NCBI GenBank assembly: GCA_016650295.1
Contig: JAENWA010000013.1
Location: forward strand, 48,457-112,456
Source: Desulfuromonadales bacterium
GTDB taxonomy: Bacteria; Desulfobacterota; Desulfuromonadia; Geobacterales; Pseudopelobacteraceae
Direction of reading: 5' to 3'
DNA length: 64,000 nucleotides
Below are positions 46,331-54,151 of the stretch, piece by piece. Position 1 is the stretch's first letter. Each line of letters opens with the position of its first letter. The position numbers and the translations under genes are program-made. The notes beneath the pieces are model-generated. The model made no database searches. It was not told where the DNA came from and worked only from the letters and a program-made list of their open reading frames with translations.

Positions 46331-49159
46331 GTGTCACCCACACCTGAACAGGAAGCGCGCATAGAGATCGACCGCATGCTGGTCGAGGCCGGCTGGCTGG
46401 TGCAGGACGTGAAGAGTGTCAACCTGCATGCCGGCCGGGGCGTGGCCATCCGCGAGTTCCCGCTGGAGCGCGGCTTCGGTTTCGCCGATTACCTGCTGTA
46501 TATCGACGGCCGGGCAGCCGGGGTGATCGAGGCCAAGCGGGCCGGCGTGACCCTCTCGGGTGTCGAGATCCAGTCCGACCGTTATACCCAGGGCCTGCCC
46601 GCTTCGCTTCCGGCCTGGTTCCGTCCCCTTCCCTTCCGTTATCAATCCACCGGCGTCGAGACCCGTTTTACCAGCGGCCTTGATCCCGATCCCCGTTCAC
46701 GCGAAGTGTTCTCCTTTCACCGTCCCGAGACCCTGGCCGAGTGGCTGGATACGGCCTGCCGCAGCGTGGAGAGCGCCACCCACCAGCCCGGTGAAGTGGC
46801 TGAACCGGGCCTGATCTGGTCGCCGGACTGCTACCGACAGCGACTGCGACACATGCCGCCCCTGCACAGTGAGGGGCTCTGGCTGGCCCAGTTCACGGCC
46901 ATCGGCAACCTGGAGAAATCCCTGGCCGCCGACCGACCCCGCTCGCTGGTGCAGATGGCCACCGGCTCGGGCAAGACCTTTACCGCCGTCTCCTTCATCT
47001 ATCGCCAGCTGAAGTTCGCCGGTGCCCGGCGGGTGCTGTTCCTGGTAGACCGAGCCAACCTGGGACGCCAGACCCTCAAGGAGTTCCAGCAGTACCAGTC
47101 CCCTTACACCCCCTACAAGTTCTCCGAGGAGTACATCGTCAACCACCTGCAGTCCAGCCGCCTGGACAGCACGGCGCGGGTCAGCATCTGCACCATCCAA
47201 CGGCTCTACTCGATCCTGCGCGGCGAGGAACTGGCCCCGGAGCTGGAGGAGGAATCGCTCTTCGACCATGCCGGCCTCTTCCGCGAGCCACCGCCGGTGG
47301 TCTACAACCCGGCCATCCCGCCCGAGACATTCGACCTGATCGTTACCGACGAGTGCCACCGCTCGATCTACAACCTCTGGCGTCAAGTGCTGGAGTATTT
47401 CGACGGATTCCTGGTCGGCTTGACCGCCACCCCCGGCAAGCAGACCTTCGGCTTCTTCAACCAGAACCTGGTGATGGAATACCCCCACGAGCAGGCCGTG
47501 GCCGACGGGGTCAACGTCAACTACGACGTCTACCGCATCCGCACGCGGATAACCCAAGGGGGCTCAGTCGTGGAGGCCGGACATTACGTGGACCACCGCG
47601 AGCGGGAGACGCGGGCCGTGCGCTGGGAACAGCTGGACGAGGACCTTGCCTACGAGGCGGGTCAGCTCGACCGGGACGTGGTGGCGGTGGACCAGATCCG
47701 CACCGTGATCCGGACCTTTCGCGACAAGGTGCTGACCGAGATCTTCCCCGGCCGCACCTGGGTGCCCAAGACCCTGATCTTCGCCAAGGACGACTCCCAC
47801 GCCGAGGACATCGTCCGCATCGTGCGCGAGGAGTTCGGCAAGGGGAACGACTTCTGCCAGAAGATCACCTACCGCACCACCGGCCGCAAGCCGGAAGAGC
47901 TGATCGCCGAGTTCCGCACCAGCCCCATGCCGCGCATCGCCGTCACCGTGGATATGATCGCTACCGGCACCGACATCAAACCGCTGGAGTGCGTTTTCTT
48001 CATGCGCATGATCCGTTCCCGTTCCTTCTTCGAACAGATGAAGGGGCGCGGGGTGCGGGTGATCAACGATACCGACCTGCAGGCGGTCACCCCCGATGCC
48101 GTGGCCAAGACCCACTTCGTCATCGTCGATGCGGTCGGCGTCTGTGAACAGGACAAGACCGATTCCCGCCCGCTGGAAAAGAGGCCGAGCGTCTCCTTGG
48201 AAAAACTGCTCCAGGCCGTGGCCCTGGGCAATACCGAGAGCGAGGTGGTCTCCTCCATTGCCGGGCGTTTTGCCCGCCTGGAGCGCAAGCTCGATCCGGC
48301 CGGCAAGGCGGAGATCGAGCGGTTGACGGGTGGCAAGGGGTTGAAGGAGCTGACCGGCGACCTGATCGCTGCCATCGACCCGGAACAACAGATCGAGCAG
48401 GCCCAGGCCGATTTCGGCGTGGGTGATCCGACCGTGGAGCAGGTCCGCCAGGCCGGTGTCAGGCTGATCCAGCAAGCGGTTCGGCCGCTCTGTGAGCCGA
48501 AGCTCAGGGAGAAGATCCTGGAGCTGCAGCGTAAGGCCGACCAGATTATCGACACGGTCAGCGCCGACGAGGTGATCGAGGCCGGTTTCGATGCCGATGC
48601 CCTGGACAAGGCCAAGGGACTGGTGCACTCCTTCGAACAGTTCATCGAGCAGAACAAAGACGAGATCACCGCCTTGCAGATCCTCTACAGCCGCCCCTAC
48701 CGCCAGCGGTTGAAGTACGACGAGATCAAGGGACTGGCCGAGATGATCGAACGTCCCCCTTATCTGTGGCGCATCGACCGATTGTGGGATGCCTACGCCG
48801 CCCTGGAAACATCCAAGGTCAAGGGGGCAGGCAGAAGGCGCCTCTGGACTGATATCGTCTCGCTGGTCCGTTTTGCCCTGCATCAAGAGCCGACCCTGGA
48901 GCCGTTCGAGGAGCATGTCCAAGAGAAATTTGCCGCCTGGATTGCCAAGCAGGAGGCCAGCGGGAAGGGTTTCAGCGATGAGCAGCGCTGGTGGCTGGAG
49001 CGGATTCGCGATCACGTCATTGCCAGCCTGGAGATCGGGCGGGATGATTTCGAGTTTACGCCGTTCAAGGAGAACGGCGGGATCGGCAAGGTGTATCAGT
49101 TGTTTGGAGAGGAGTTGTGGGGGATGTTGGAGGAATTGAATGAGGTGCTGGCGGCGTAA
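46331..49159 (+). CDS. hsdR: type I restriction endonuclease subunit R (HsdR, EcoEI-like)
   Basis: 942 aa with a GTG start. It has an N-terminal nuclease region, SF2 helicase motifs (MATGSGKTFTA, DECHRS, TATP) and a long helical C-terminal domain. Confidence 0.9.
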   Translation: MSPTPEQEARIEIDRMLVEAGWLVQDVKSVNLHAGRGVAIREFPLERGFGFADYLLYIDGRAAGVIEAKRAGVTLSGVEIQSDRYTQGLPASLPAWFRPLPFRYQSTGVETRFTSGLDPDPRSREVFSFHRPETLAEWLDTACRSVESATHQPGEVAEPGLIWSPDCYRQRLRHMPPLHSEGLWLAQFTAIGNLEKSLAADRPRSLVQMATGSGKTFTAVSFIYRQLKFAGARRVLFLVDRANLGRQTLKEFQQYQSPYTPYKFSEEYIVNHLQSSRLDSTARVSICTIQRLYSILRGEELAPELEEESLFDHAGLFREPPPVVYNPAIPPETFDLIVTDECHRSIYNLWRQVLEYFDGFLVGLTATPGKQTFGFFNQNLVMEYPHEQAVADGVNVNYDVYRIRTRITQGGSVVEAGHYVDHRERETRAVRWEQLDEDLAYEAGQLDRDVVAVDQIRTVIRTFRDKVLTEIFPGRTWVPKTLIFAKDDSHAEDIVRIVREEFGKGNDFCQKITYRTTGRKPEELIAEFRTSPMPRIAVTVDMIATGTDIKPLECVFFMRMIRSRSFFEQMKGRGVRVINDTDLQAVTPDAVAKTHFVIVDAVGVCEQDKTDSRPLEKRPSVSLEKLLQAVALGNTESEVVSSIAGRFARLERKLDPAGKAEIERLTGGKGLKELTGDLIAAIDPEQQIEQAQADFGVGDPTVEQVRQAGVRLIQQAVRPLCEPKLREKILELQRKADQIIDTVSADEVIEAGFDADALDKAKGLVHSFEQFIEQNKDEITALQILYSRPYRQRLKYDEIKGLAEMIERPPYLWRIDRLWDAYAALETSKVKGAGRRRLWTDIVSLVRFALHQEPTLEPFEEHVQEKFAAWIAKQEASGKGFSDEQRWWLERIRDHVIASLEIGRDDFEFTPFKENGGIGKVYQLFGEELWGMLEELNEVLAA
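49084..49157 (+). repeat. direct repeat copy 1 (3' end of hsdR)
   Basis: 74 nt matching 50313-50386 with 3 mismatches. It encodes the last about 24 codons of HsdR (GKVYQLFGEELWGMLEELNEVLAA). Confidence 0.95.
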
Positions 49160-49248
49160 TAATATAACTGATATATTATATTTGCTGTTGACATTAATAA
49201 TTAATATGTTATTTTTATGTCATAAATAAATAACATGAGAGTTATATT

Positions 49249-49719
49249 ATGACGCCGAAACAGAGACAGGCAGCCCGACAGCAGCTCGACAAGACCTTGA
49301 GCCTGTTCGGTTCTGCAAAAAGAATTCAACCGCCGGTAAAAGGATGGATTCGGGCCGTACGCGAGGTGCTGGGAATGTCTGGTACACAGCTGGCTAAACG
49401 GCTCGGGGTCTCTCAGCCGCGTATCCCGAAACTGGAGCAGGATGAGCTGTCCGGCGCTTTGACCCTGAAAACCATGCGTCAGGCGGCTGAGGCCTTGGAC
49501 TGTGTCTTTATCTATGGACTTGTCCCGCGCACATCACTGGAGGATACCATCAGGGCGCAGGCCCGAAAGGTTGCCGGGGAACGCATGCAGCGGGTATCGC
49601 ACTCCATGCTCCTTGAGTCGCAGGCACTAGGCAAGGAAGAGCAGCGCGCCTCCCTTGACGCTGCCGTTGATGAGCTGGCACGCGAGACGCCGCGAGACTT
49701 GTGGGATTCGAAAGCATGA
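49249..49719 (+). CDS. mobile mystery protein A (XRE-type HTH; TIGR02612-like)
   Basis: 156 aa with the HTH segment GWIRAVREVLGMSGTQLAKRLGVSQPRIPKLEQDE. It is paired with the Fic gene as in the TIGRFAM mob_myst_A/B pair. Confidence 0.75.
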   Translation: MTPKQRQAARQQLDKTLSLFGSAKRIQPPVKGWIRAVREVLGMSGTQLAKRLGVSQPRIPKLEQDELSGALTLKTMRQAAEALDCVFIYGLVPRTSLEDTIRAQARKVAGERMQRVSHSMLLESQALGKEEQRASLDAAVDELARETPRDLWDSKA

Positions 49720-50300
49720 ACTTTGACTACCCGGAAGGGGCAACGCCACTCGACCCGGATGAGGCACAGGGATTGCTGCTCTCCCATATTACCACACGGG
49801 CAGAGCTTGACCGCTGGGAGCAGGAGAACATCACCGAAGCCGAAGTCTGGGCCTTCCGCCGCACCCCGCGTGACATCCTCACCGATGGTTTCATCAAACG
49901 CCTGCATAAACGGATGTTCGGCCAGGTCTGGCGCTGGGCAGGAGAATACCGGACCACCGGCAAGAATATCGGCGTGCCGGCATGGCAGATAGCCACGGAA
50001 CTGCGCACTCTCTGTGCCGATACCGCCGCCTGGCTGGAACATGGCAGCTATCTGCCCGACGAGATCGCCGTCCGTTTCCATCACCGGCTCACGGTGATTC
50101 ATCCTTTTCCCAACGGCAATGGCCGTCATGCCCGGATGATGACCGATATCCTGTTGGTGCATCTGTTGAATCAGCCACGTTTTACCTGGGGAGGCGGCAA
50201 TCTTGTTGATGCCGGGGAGTGCCGCCGGCAGTACATAAACGCACTTCGGGCGGCGGATCGTCATGATTACGGGCCGCTGCTTGAGTTTGTTCGGACGTAG
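49716..50300 (+). CDS. mobile mystery protein B (Fic/DOC family; TIGR02613-like)
   Basis: The Fic core motif is HPFPNGNGRHARMM (HxFxxGNGRxxR, with N in place of the usual D/E). The ATG at 49716 overlaps the upstream stop as ATGA. The track start at 49701 is a GTG. Confidence 0.8.
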   Translation: MNFDYPEGATPLDPDEAQGLLLSHITTRAELDRWEQENITEAEVWAFRRTPRDILTDGFIKRLHKRMFGQVWRWAGEYRTTGKNIGVPAWQIATELRTLCADTAAWLEHGSYLPDEIAVRFHHRLTVIHPFPNGNGRHARMMTDILLVHLLNQPRFTWGGGNLVDAGECRRQYINALRAADRHDYGPLLEFVRT

Positions 50301-50312
50301 GATAAAGAAAAG

Positions 50313-50386
50313 CGGCAAGGTGTATCAGTTGTTTGGAGAGGAGTTGTGAGGGATGTTGGAGGAATTGAATGAGGTGCTTGCAGCGT
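50313..50386 (+). repeat. direct repeat copy 2 (relic hsdR 3' end abutting hsdS)
   Basis: It matches 49084-49157. A G-to-A change creates an in-frame TGA (GEEL*GML), and it ends in GCGTGATGG, overlapping the hsdS start. Confidence 0.95.
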
Positions 50387-51824
50387 GATGGAAAAACATA
50401 ATTTAAAATCTCCCCTTAAGACTAAAATGATTAAGTTTGGGAAGCTATGTAAAGTTCAAGGTGGATTTGCATTCAAAAGCACATGGTATAAAGGAGACGG
50501 AATACCTCTTGTCAGAATTTCGAGCCTTGTAAATAGCACTGTTCAATTTGACGAAAAGACGGTCTTCCTTGATCCCTCGCGATTAAAGGAATACTCCGAT
50601 TTTACTTTAAAAAAGGGTGACACCCTCATTGCCATGTCGGGTGCAACTACAGGCAAAATGGCTGTTTATAGCGACAACCAAGAAGCTTTGCTTAACCAAC
50701 GTGTTGGAAGATTCAAGTTGTTGTCAGAGTTACCAGTTGATCCTAAATATATTTCCTACCTTGTAATCCAACTTCGCGACAGAGTCCTTAAAGATGCATA
50801 CGGCGCAGCACAGCCAAATATCAGTCCCAAACAAATTGAAGATATTGAAGTCCCATATTTCCCTTTGAATGAGCAACGACTGATCGTCGCCGAAATCGAA
50901 AAGCAATTCTCCCGCCTGGATGAAGCCGTTGCCTCACTCAAGCGGATTCAGGCTAATCTCAAACGCTACAAAGCCGCCGTCCTCAAGGCCGCTGTGGAAG
51001 GCAAACTCACCGAACAGTGGCGTAAGGATCACCCCGACGTCGAACCTGCCGACCAACTCCTCAAACGCATCCTCGCCGAACGCCGCGACAAGTGGGAAAC
51101 CGAAGAGCTGGCGAAGATGAAGGCAAAGGGTATAAAGCCGAAGGATGATTCTTGGAAGAAGAAATACAAGGAGCCTGCCTGGCCGGATACGGCCAATCTG
51201 CCGGAATTGCCGGAGGGGTGGGTGTGGGCGAAACTTGAAGCTATTGCTGCACTCAAGGGTGGAATCACGGTAGACAAGAAGCGAAAAGACCCGACTGCGC
51301 GGCTTGTCCCCTATCTCCGTGTTGCTAACGTGCAGAGAGGTTACCTGAACCTAACAGAAATGAAAGAGATAGAGGCTTCTCAATCCGTCATCGAAGAATT
51401 AAGCCTTATCCCAGGTGATATTTTATTTAATGAAGGCGGAGACCGCGATAAGCTTGGTCGTGGCTGGATTTGGGAAGGCCAACTTCCTGAATGTATCCAT
51501 CAGAATCACGTCTTTAGGGCAAGACTCTGTGCCAGCGGTGTTTCAGCAAAGTTGATTTCTTGGTGGGGTAACACATTCGGTAAGGACTATTTTCTTCGAG
51601 CAGGAAAGCAGACAACAAATCTTGCATCCATTAATATCACAAAGCTCAGTGAATTCCCGATTCCACTGATGCCAGAAGCTGAACAACACCAAATTGTGGA
51701 AGAAATCGAGCGCCGTCTCTCCGTCACCGAAGAACTCGAAGCCACCATCGAAACCAACCTCAAACGCGCTGAGCGACTTAGGCAGACGATCTTGCAACAG
51801 GCGTTTTCGGGTGGGTTGGTTTAA
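50385..51824 (+). CDS. hsdS: type I restriction-modification specificity subunit HsdS
   Basis: 479 aa with two target-recognition domains separated by a conserved helical spacer (LNEQRLIVAEIEKQFSRLDEAVASLKRIQANLKRYKAAVLKAAVEGKLT). The C-terminal conserved helix is EQHQIVEEIERRLSV... Confidence 0.9.
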   Translation: MMEKHNLKSPLKTKMIKFGKLCKVQGGFAFKSTWYKGDGIPLVRISSLVNSTVQFDEKTVFLDPSRLKEYSDFTLKKGDTLIAMSGATTGKMAVYSDNQEALLNQRVGRFKLLSELPVDPKYISYLVIQLRDRVLKDAYGAAQPNISPKQIEDIEVPYFPLNEQRLIVAEIEKQFSRLDEAVASLKRIQANLKRYKAAVLKAAVEGKLTEQWRKDHPDVEPADQLLKRILAERRDKWETEELAKMKAKGIKPKDDSWKKKYKEPAWPDTANLPELPEGWVWAKLEAIAALKGGITVDKKRKDPTARLVPYLRVANVQRGYLNLTEMKEIEASQSVIEELSLIPGDILFNEGGDRDKLGRGWIWEGQLPECIHQNHVFRARLCASGVSAKLISWWGNTFGKDYFLRAGKQTTNLASINITKLSEFPIPLMPEAEQHQIVEEIERRLSVTEELEATIETNLKRAERLRQTILQQAFSGGLV

Positions 51825-51839
51825 ATACTGGAGGGTGCA

Positions 51840-52868
51840 TTGAACAACCCTTTTTCAGAAGAAAAACTCGCAAGGTTGTTCGAGTCAGATGCTGCCAGAG
51901 CTGATCGCCTTAAACGACGTGAGAGCACCACGCTCGAACTGAAACAGAATTTCAGCCTGTCACCTGATGCCAAGGTTGAATACGGTCGCACAATGGCTGC
52001 ATTTGCGAACCGAGATGGCGGCTATTTATTGTTTGGAATAAAGGACCAACCGCACCTCTTGTTGGGTATGATCAATGATAGATTCGAGACACTTGACCCG
52101 AGGATTTTATCGCAGTTCCTTGCCGAACAATTTTCGCCAAATATTAACTGGCATCATCACGTACATAACAAAGATGGAAAGCGTTTCGGTGTTATCTACG
52201 TAGCACCAGCAAAACGTAAACCAATCGTTTGTACAAGAAACAACGGCAAGCTGAGAGATGGCGACGTATATTATCGATATCAAGGTGAAACTAGGCTTAT
52301 AGCATCTGCTGAACTTCATGGGCTTATACAAGATCTCATTGACGCCGAAAGGAAGTCATGGCGAGAGTTATTAACCAAAACAGCTCATACAATTCCAAGC
52401 GCAACATATCTTCTGGACACAAATTCAGGCCGTGCAACCGGTGAGCGAGGTACATTTGTAATCGGTGAGCAACTCCTCGAAAAGGTCAAATTCATCGAGG
52501 AAGGACACTTTGAAGAAGGGGGAGAACCGGCATTACGGGTTATTGGTGATGTTGAAGTTGTGAGAACTGAAATGGTCCAGGTACCTCATCCGGTTCCGAC
52601 AGACCCTGCAGTTACTCACCCTTTGCTACAGAAAGATCTAATGGCAGGAATAAATGCGGAGTTTGGGGCGGGGACTGTAAATCAGTTCGACATGCAGTGT
52701 GTTCGGTCCGTACATAACGTAACTACTAATCAAGAATGGTACTATTTGAACACCATTGGATTACATGCACCGCAATACAGCAATACTTACCTTGAGTGGC
52801 TTAAAGAGCAGTTTAGGCAGAATCCAACATTCTTTAACGATGCGCGAATGATACGAAATCTATTTTGA
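51840..52868 (+). CDS. AlbA_2 (Schlafen-type) domain protein
   Basis: 342 aa with a TTG start 5 nt after a GGAGGG Shine-Dalgarno sequence. The N-terminus RESTTLELKQNFSLS...AAFANRDGGYLLFGIKD...YVAPAKRKPIV is typical of the AlbA_2 putative nucleic-acid-binding domain. Confidence 0.65.
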   Translation: MNNPFSEEKLARLFESDAARADRLKRRESTTLELKQNFSLSPDAKVEYGRTMAAFANRDGGYLLFGIKDQPHLLLGMINDRFETLDPRILSQFLAEQFSPNINWHHHVHNKDGKRFGVIYVAPAKRKPIVCTRNNGKLRDGDVYYRYQGETRLIASAELHGLIQDLIDAERKSWRELLTKTAHTIPSATYLLDTNSGRATGERGTFVIGEQLLEKVKFIEEGHFEEGGEPALRVIGDVEVVRTEMVQVPHPVPTDPAVTHPLLQKDLMAGINAEFGAGTVNQFDMQCVRSVHNVTTNQEWYYLNTIGLHAPQYSNTYLEWLKEQFRQNPTFFNDARMIRNLF

Positions 52869-52878
52869 TGTGGAATTC

Positions 52879-53070
52879 TTAGCGGGGAGTATCGGAAGTC
52901 TCTTTCGTGGTCTCTTTCACTGCCCGCTCTTCCCTGAAACGTTGCAGGTCTTCTTCGGTAATATGAATACCTTCAATTGCGCTGGAAGAGATAATGGATC
53001 TATCCAGCATTTTGCGCCTGAGCACAGGATCTTTCAGGTAGGGATTGGTTTCAAGCAATGACTTTTTCAT
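52879..53070 (-). CDS. small VbhA-like protein carrying a Fic-inhibitory SxxxEG motif
   Basis: 63 aa: MKKSLLETNPYLKDPVLRRKMLDRSIISSSAIEGIHITEEDLQRF... The segment SSAIEG fits the (S/T)xxxE(G/N) alpha-inh motif of class I Fic antitoxins. The family call is by eye. Confidence 0.4.
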   Translation of the reverse strand: MKKSLLETNPYLKDPVLRRKMLDRSIISSSAIEGIHITEEDLQRFREERAVKETTKETSDTPR

Positions 53071-53112
53071 AGAGGCAGTATACCGAATCCGACGATATTT
53101 TGCACCAGAAAT

Positions 53113-53164
53113 GCCATTTTAGCTCAGGTGCTAGAGCACATCACTCGTAATGATGAGGTTCAAT
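53113..53164 (+). pseudogene. truncated tRNA-Thr(CGU)-like fragment
   Basis: It has a 5' acceptor GCCATTT, a D arm GCTC-AGGTGCTA-GAGC and an anticodon arm CATCA-CTCGTAA-TGATG. Only AGG precedes a TTCAATTCC T-loop-like piece, and there is no 5' T-stem and no 3' acceptor. Confidence 0.7.
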
Positions 53165-53207
53165 TCCCCTTTAGCTCAGTTGGTAGAGCAGGTGGCTGTT
53201 AATCAAC
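53165..53207 (+). pseudogene. truncated tRNA-Asn(GUU)-like 5' half
   Basis: It has TCCCCTT-TA-GCTC-AGTTGGTA-GAGC-A-GGTGG-CTGTTAA-TCAAC, with one mismatch in the anticodon stem. No variable or T arm follows. Confidence 0.65.
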
Positions 53208-53232
53208 AGGAAAAATTTGAAGGACTTCGCAC

Positions 53233-53877
53233 ATGATCATTTTCCTCGACGAATCTGGCGATTTGGGCTTTGACTTTAGCAAGCCGAAGACATCCAGAAA
53301 GTTCGTTATTACTCTTCTCGTTTGTGAAAATGTTGAAGCAATTGAAGGGTTCCGTCGTGGCGTTCGCAGGACCTTGAAAAACAAGCTTAACAACAGGAAG
53401 AACAGATCACAGGAGTTGAAAGGTACCAATACTACTCAGGTCATCAAGGAATATTTTTACCGTCATGTATCGCCTGATGGCTGGCAAATCTATTCGGTAA
53501 TTCTGAATAAAAGCCGGGTGTACGATAATCTTCGTACAAAGCTTGGAAAGAAGAAGCTTTACAACTTTCTGGCCCGGTTTCTTCTGGAAAAGATTGATCT
53601 TTCAAAGGCCGGCAATACCGTCAACCTGATTATGGACAGGTGCAAGAACAAAGAGGAGATCAAAGACTTTAACTCCTATGTAGAAAACCAGCTACAGGGA
53701 TTACTGCCGCTGGATATCCCACTATTCATAACCCACGAAATGTCACATAACAACCCTGGCTTGCAGGCTGTAGATCTCTTTTGCTGGGGAATCTTCAGAA
53801 AACACGAGGGAGAGGATGAAGAATGGTACAGGGTGTATCGTTCGGCCATTGCCTACGAAGGGGAGTATCTGAAATAG
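53233..53877 (+). CDS. DUF3800 domain protein
   Basis: 214 aa. The N-terminal IIFLDESGDLGF (the conserved DE motif of DUF3800) and the overall size fit the family. Confidence 0.7.
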   Translation: MIIFLDESGDLGFDFSKPKTSRKFVITLLVCENVEAIEGFRRGVRRTLKNKLNNRKNRSQELKGTNTTQVIKEYFYRHVSPDGWQIYSVILNKSRVYDNLRTKLGKKKLYNFLARFLLEKIDLSKAGNTVNLIMDRCKNKEEIKDFNSYVENQLQGLLPLDIPLFITHEMSHNNPGLQAVDLFCWGIFRKHEGEDEEWYRVYRSAIAYEGEYLK

Positions 53878-54007
53878 ACAATAAAAAAGACGGCCCCTGT
53901 TACGTCTATTATCCCGAGGCTCATGGCCAACCGATGGAGGGGAGCACCTCAGGCACGTAACAGGATTTACCCGTCTGTTAAGACTGTATACCTGATAAAA
54001 TTTAACT

Positions 54008-54026
54008 GTCAACAATTATTGTTGAC
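54008..54026. promoter_or_regulatory. 19-nt palindrome GTCAACAAT-T-ATTGTTGAC upstream of hsdM (operator-like)
   Basis: Perfect 9-nt inverted arms. The right arm contains TTGACG, with TATGAG 17 nt downstream. Confidence 0.35.
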
Positions 54027-54062
54027 GCTTAGTGATCCTCGGGTTATGAGCCCGATGGTCGG

Positions 54063-54091
54063 TGACCACTAGACCCCCAGTCTAGTGAGCC
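54063..54091. repeat. copy 2 of the 25-nt identical palindromic repeat
   Basis: Exact match to 33196-33220. It lies about 35 nt upstream of a perfect TATAAT (54122-54127) and 65 nt upstream of the hsdM start. Confidence 0.9.
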
Positions 54092-54151
54092 AATAACCTA
54101 CGGCTTAGAAGGCCGTTGCTCTATAATCATAAAATTGAAACGAGACCATAG

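Larger units (their letters stand above)
49158..50312 (+). mobile_element. inserted mobile mystery protein A/B cassette (HTH + Fic) between duplicated hsdR 3' ends
   Basis: The cassette is bounded by the 74-bp direct repeats and starts with a very AT-rich about 90-nt leader containing TTGACA. It carries two overlapping genes. Confidence 0.7.

Noticed and set aside
53113-53207. Annotating intact tRNA-Thr and tRNA-Asn genes.
   Set aside because: Hand folding shows missing T arms and no complementary 3' acceptor strands. Only the 5' portions are present.
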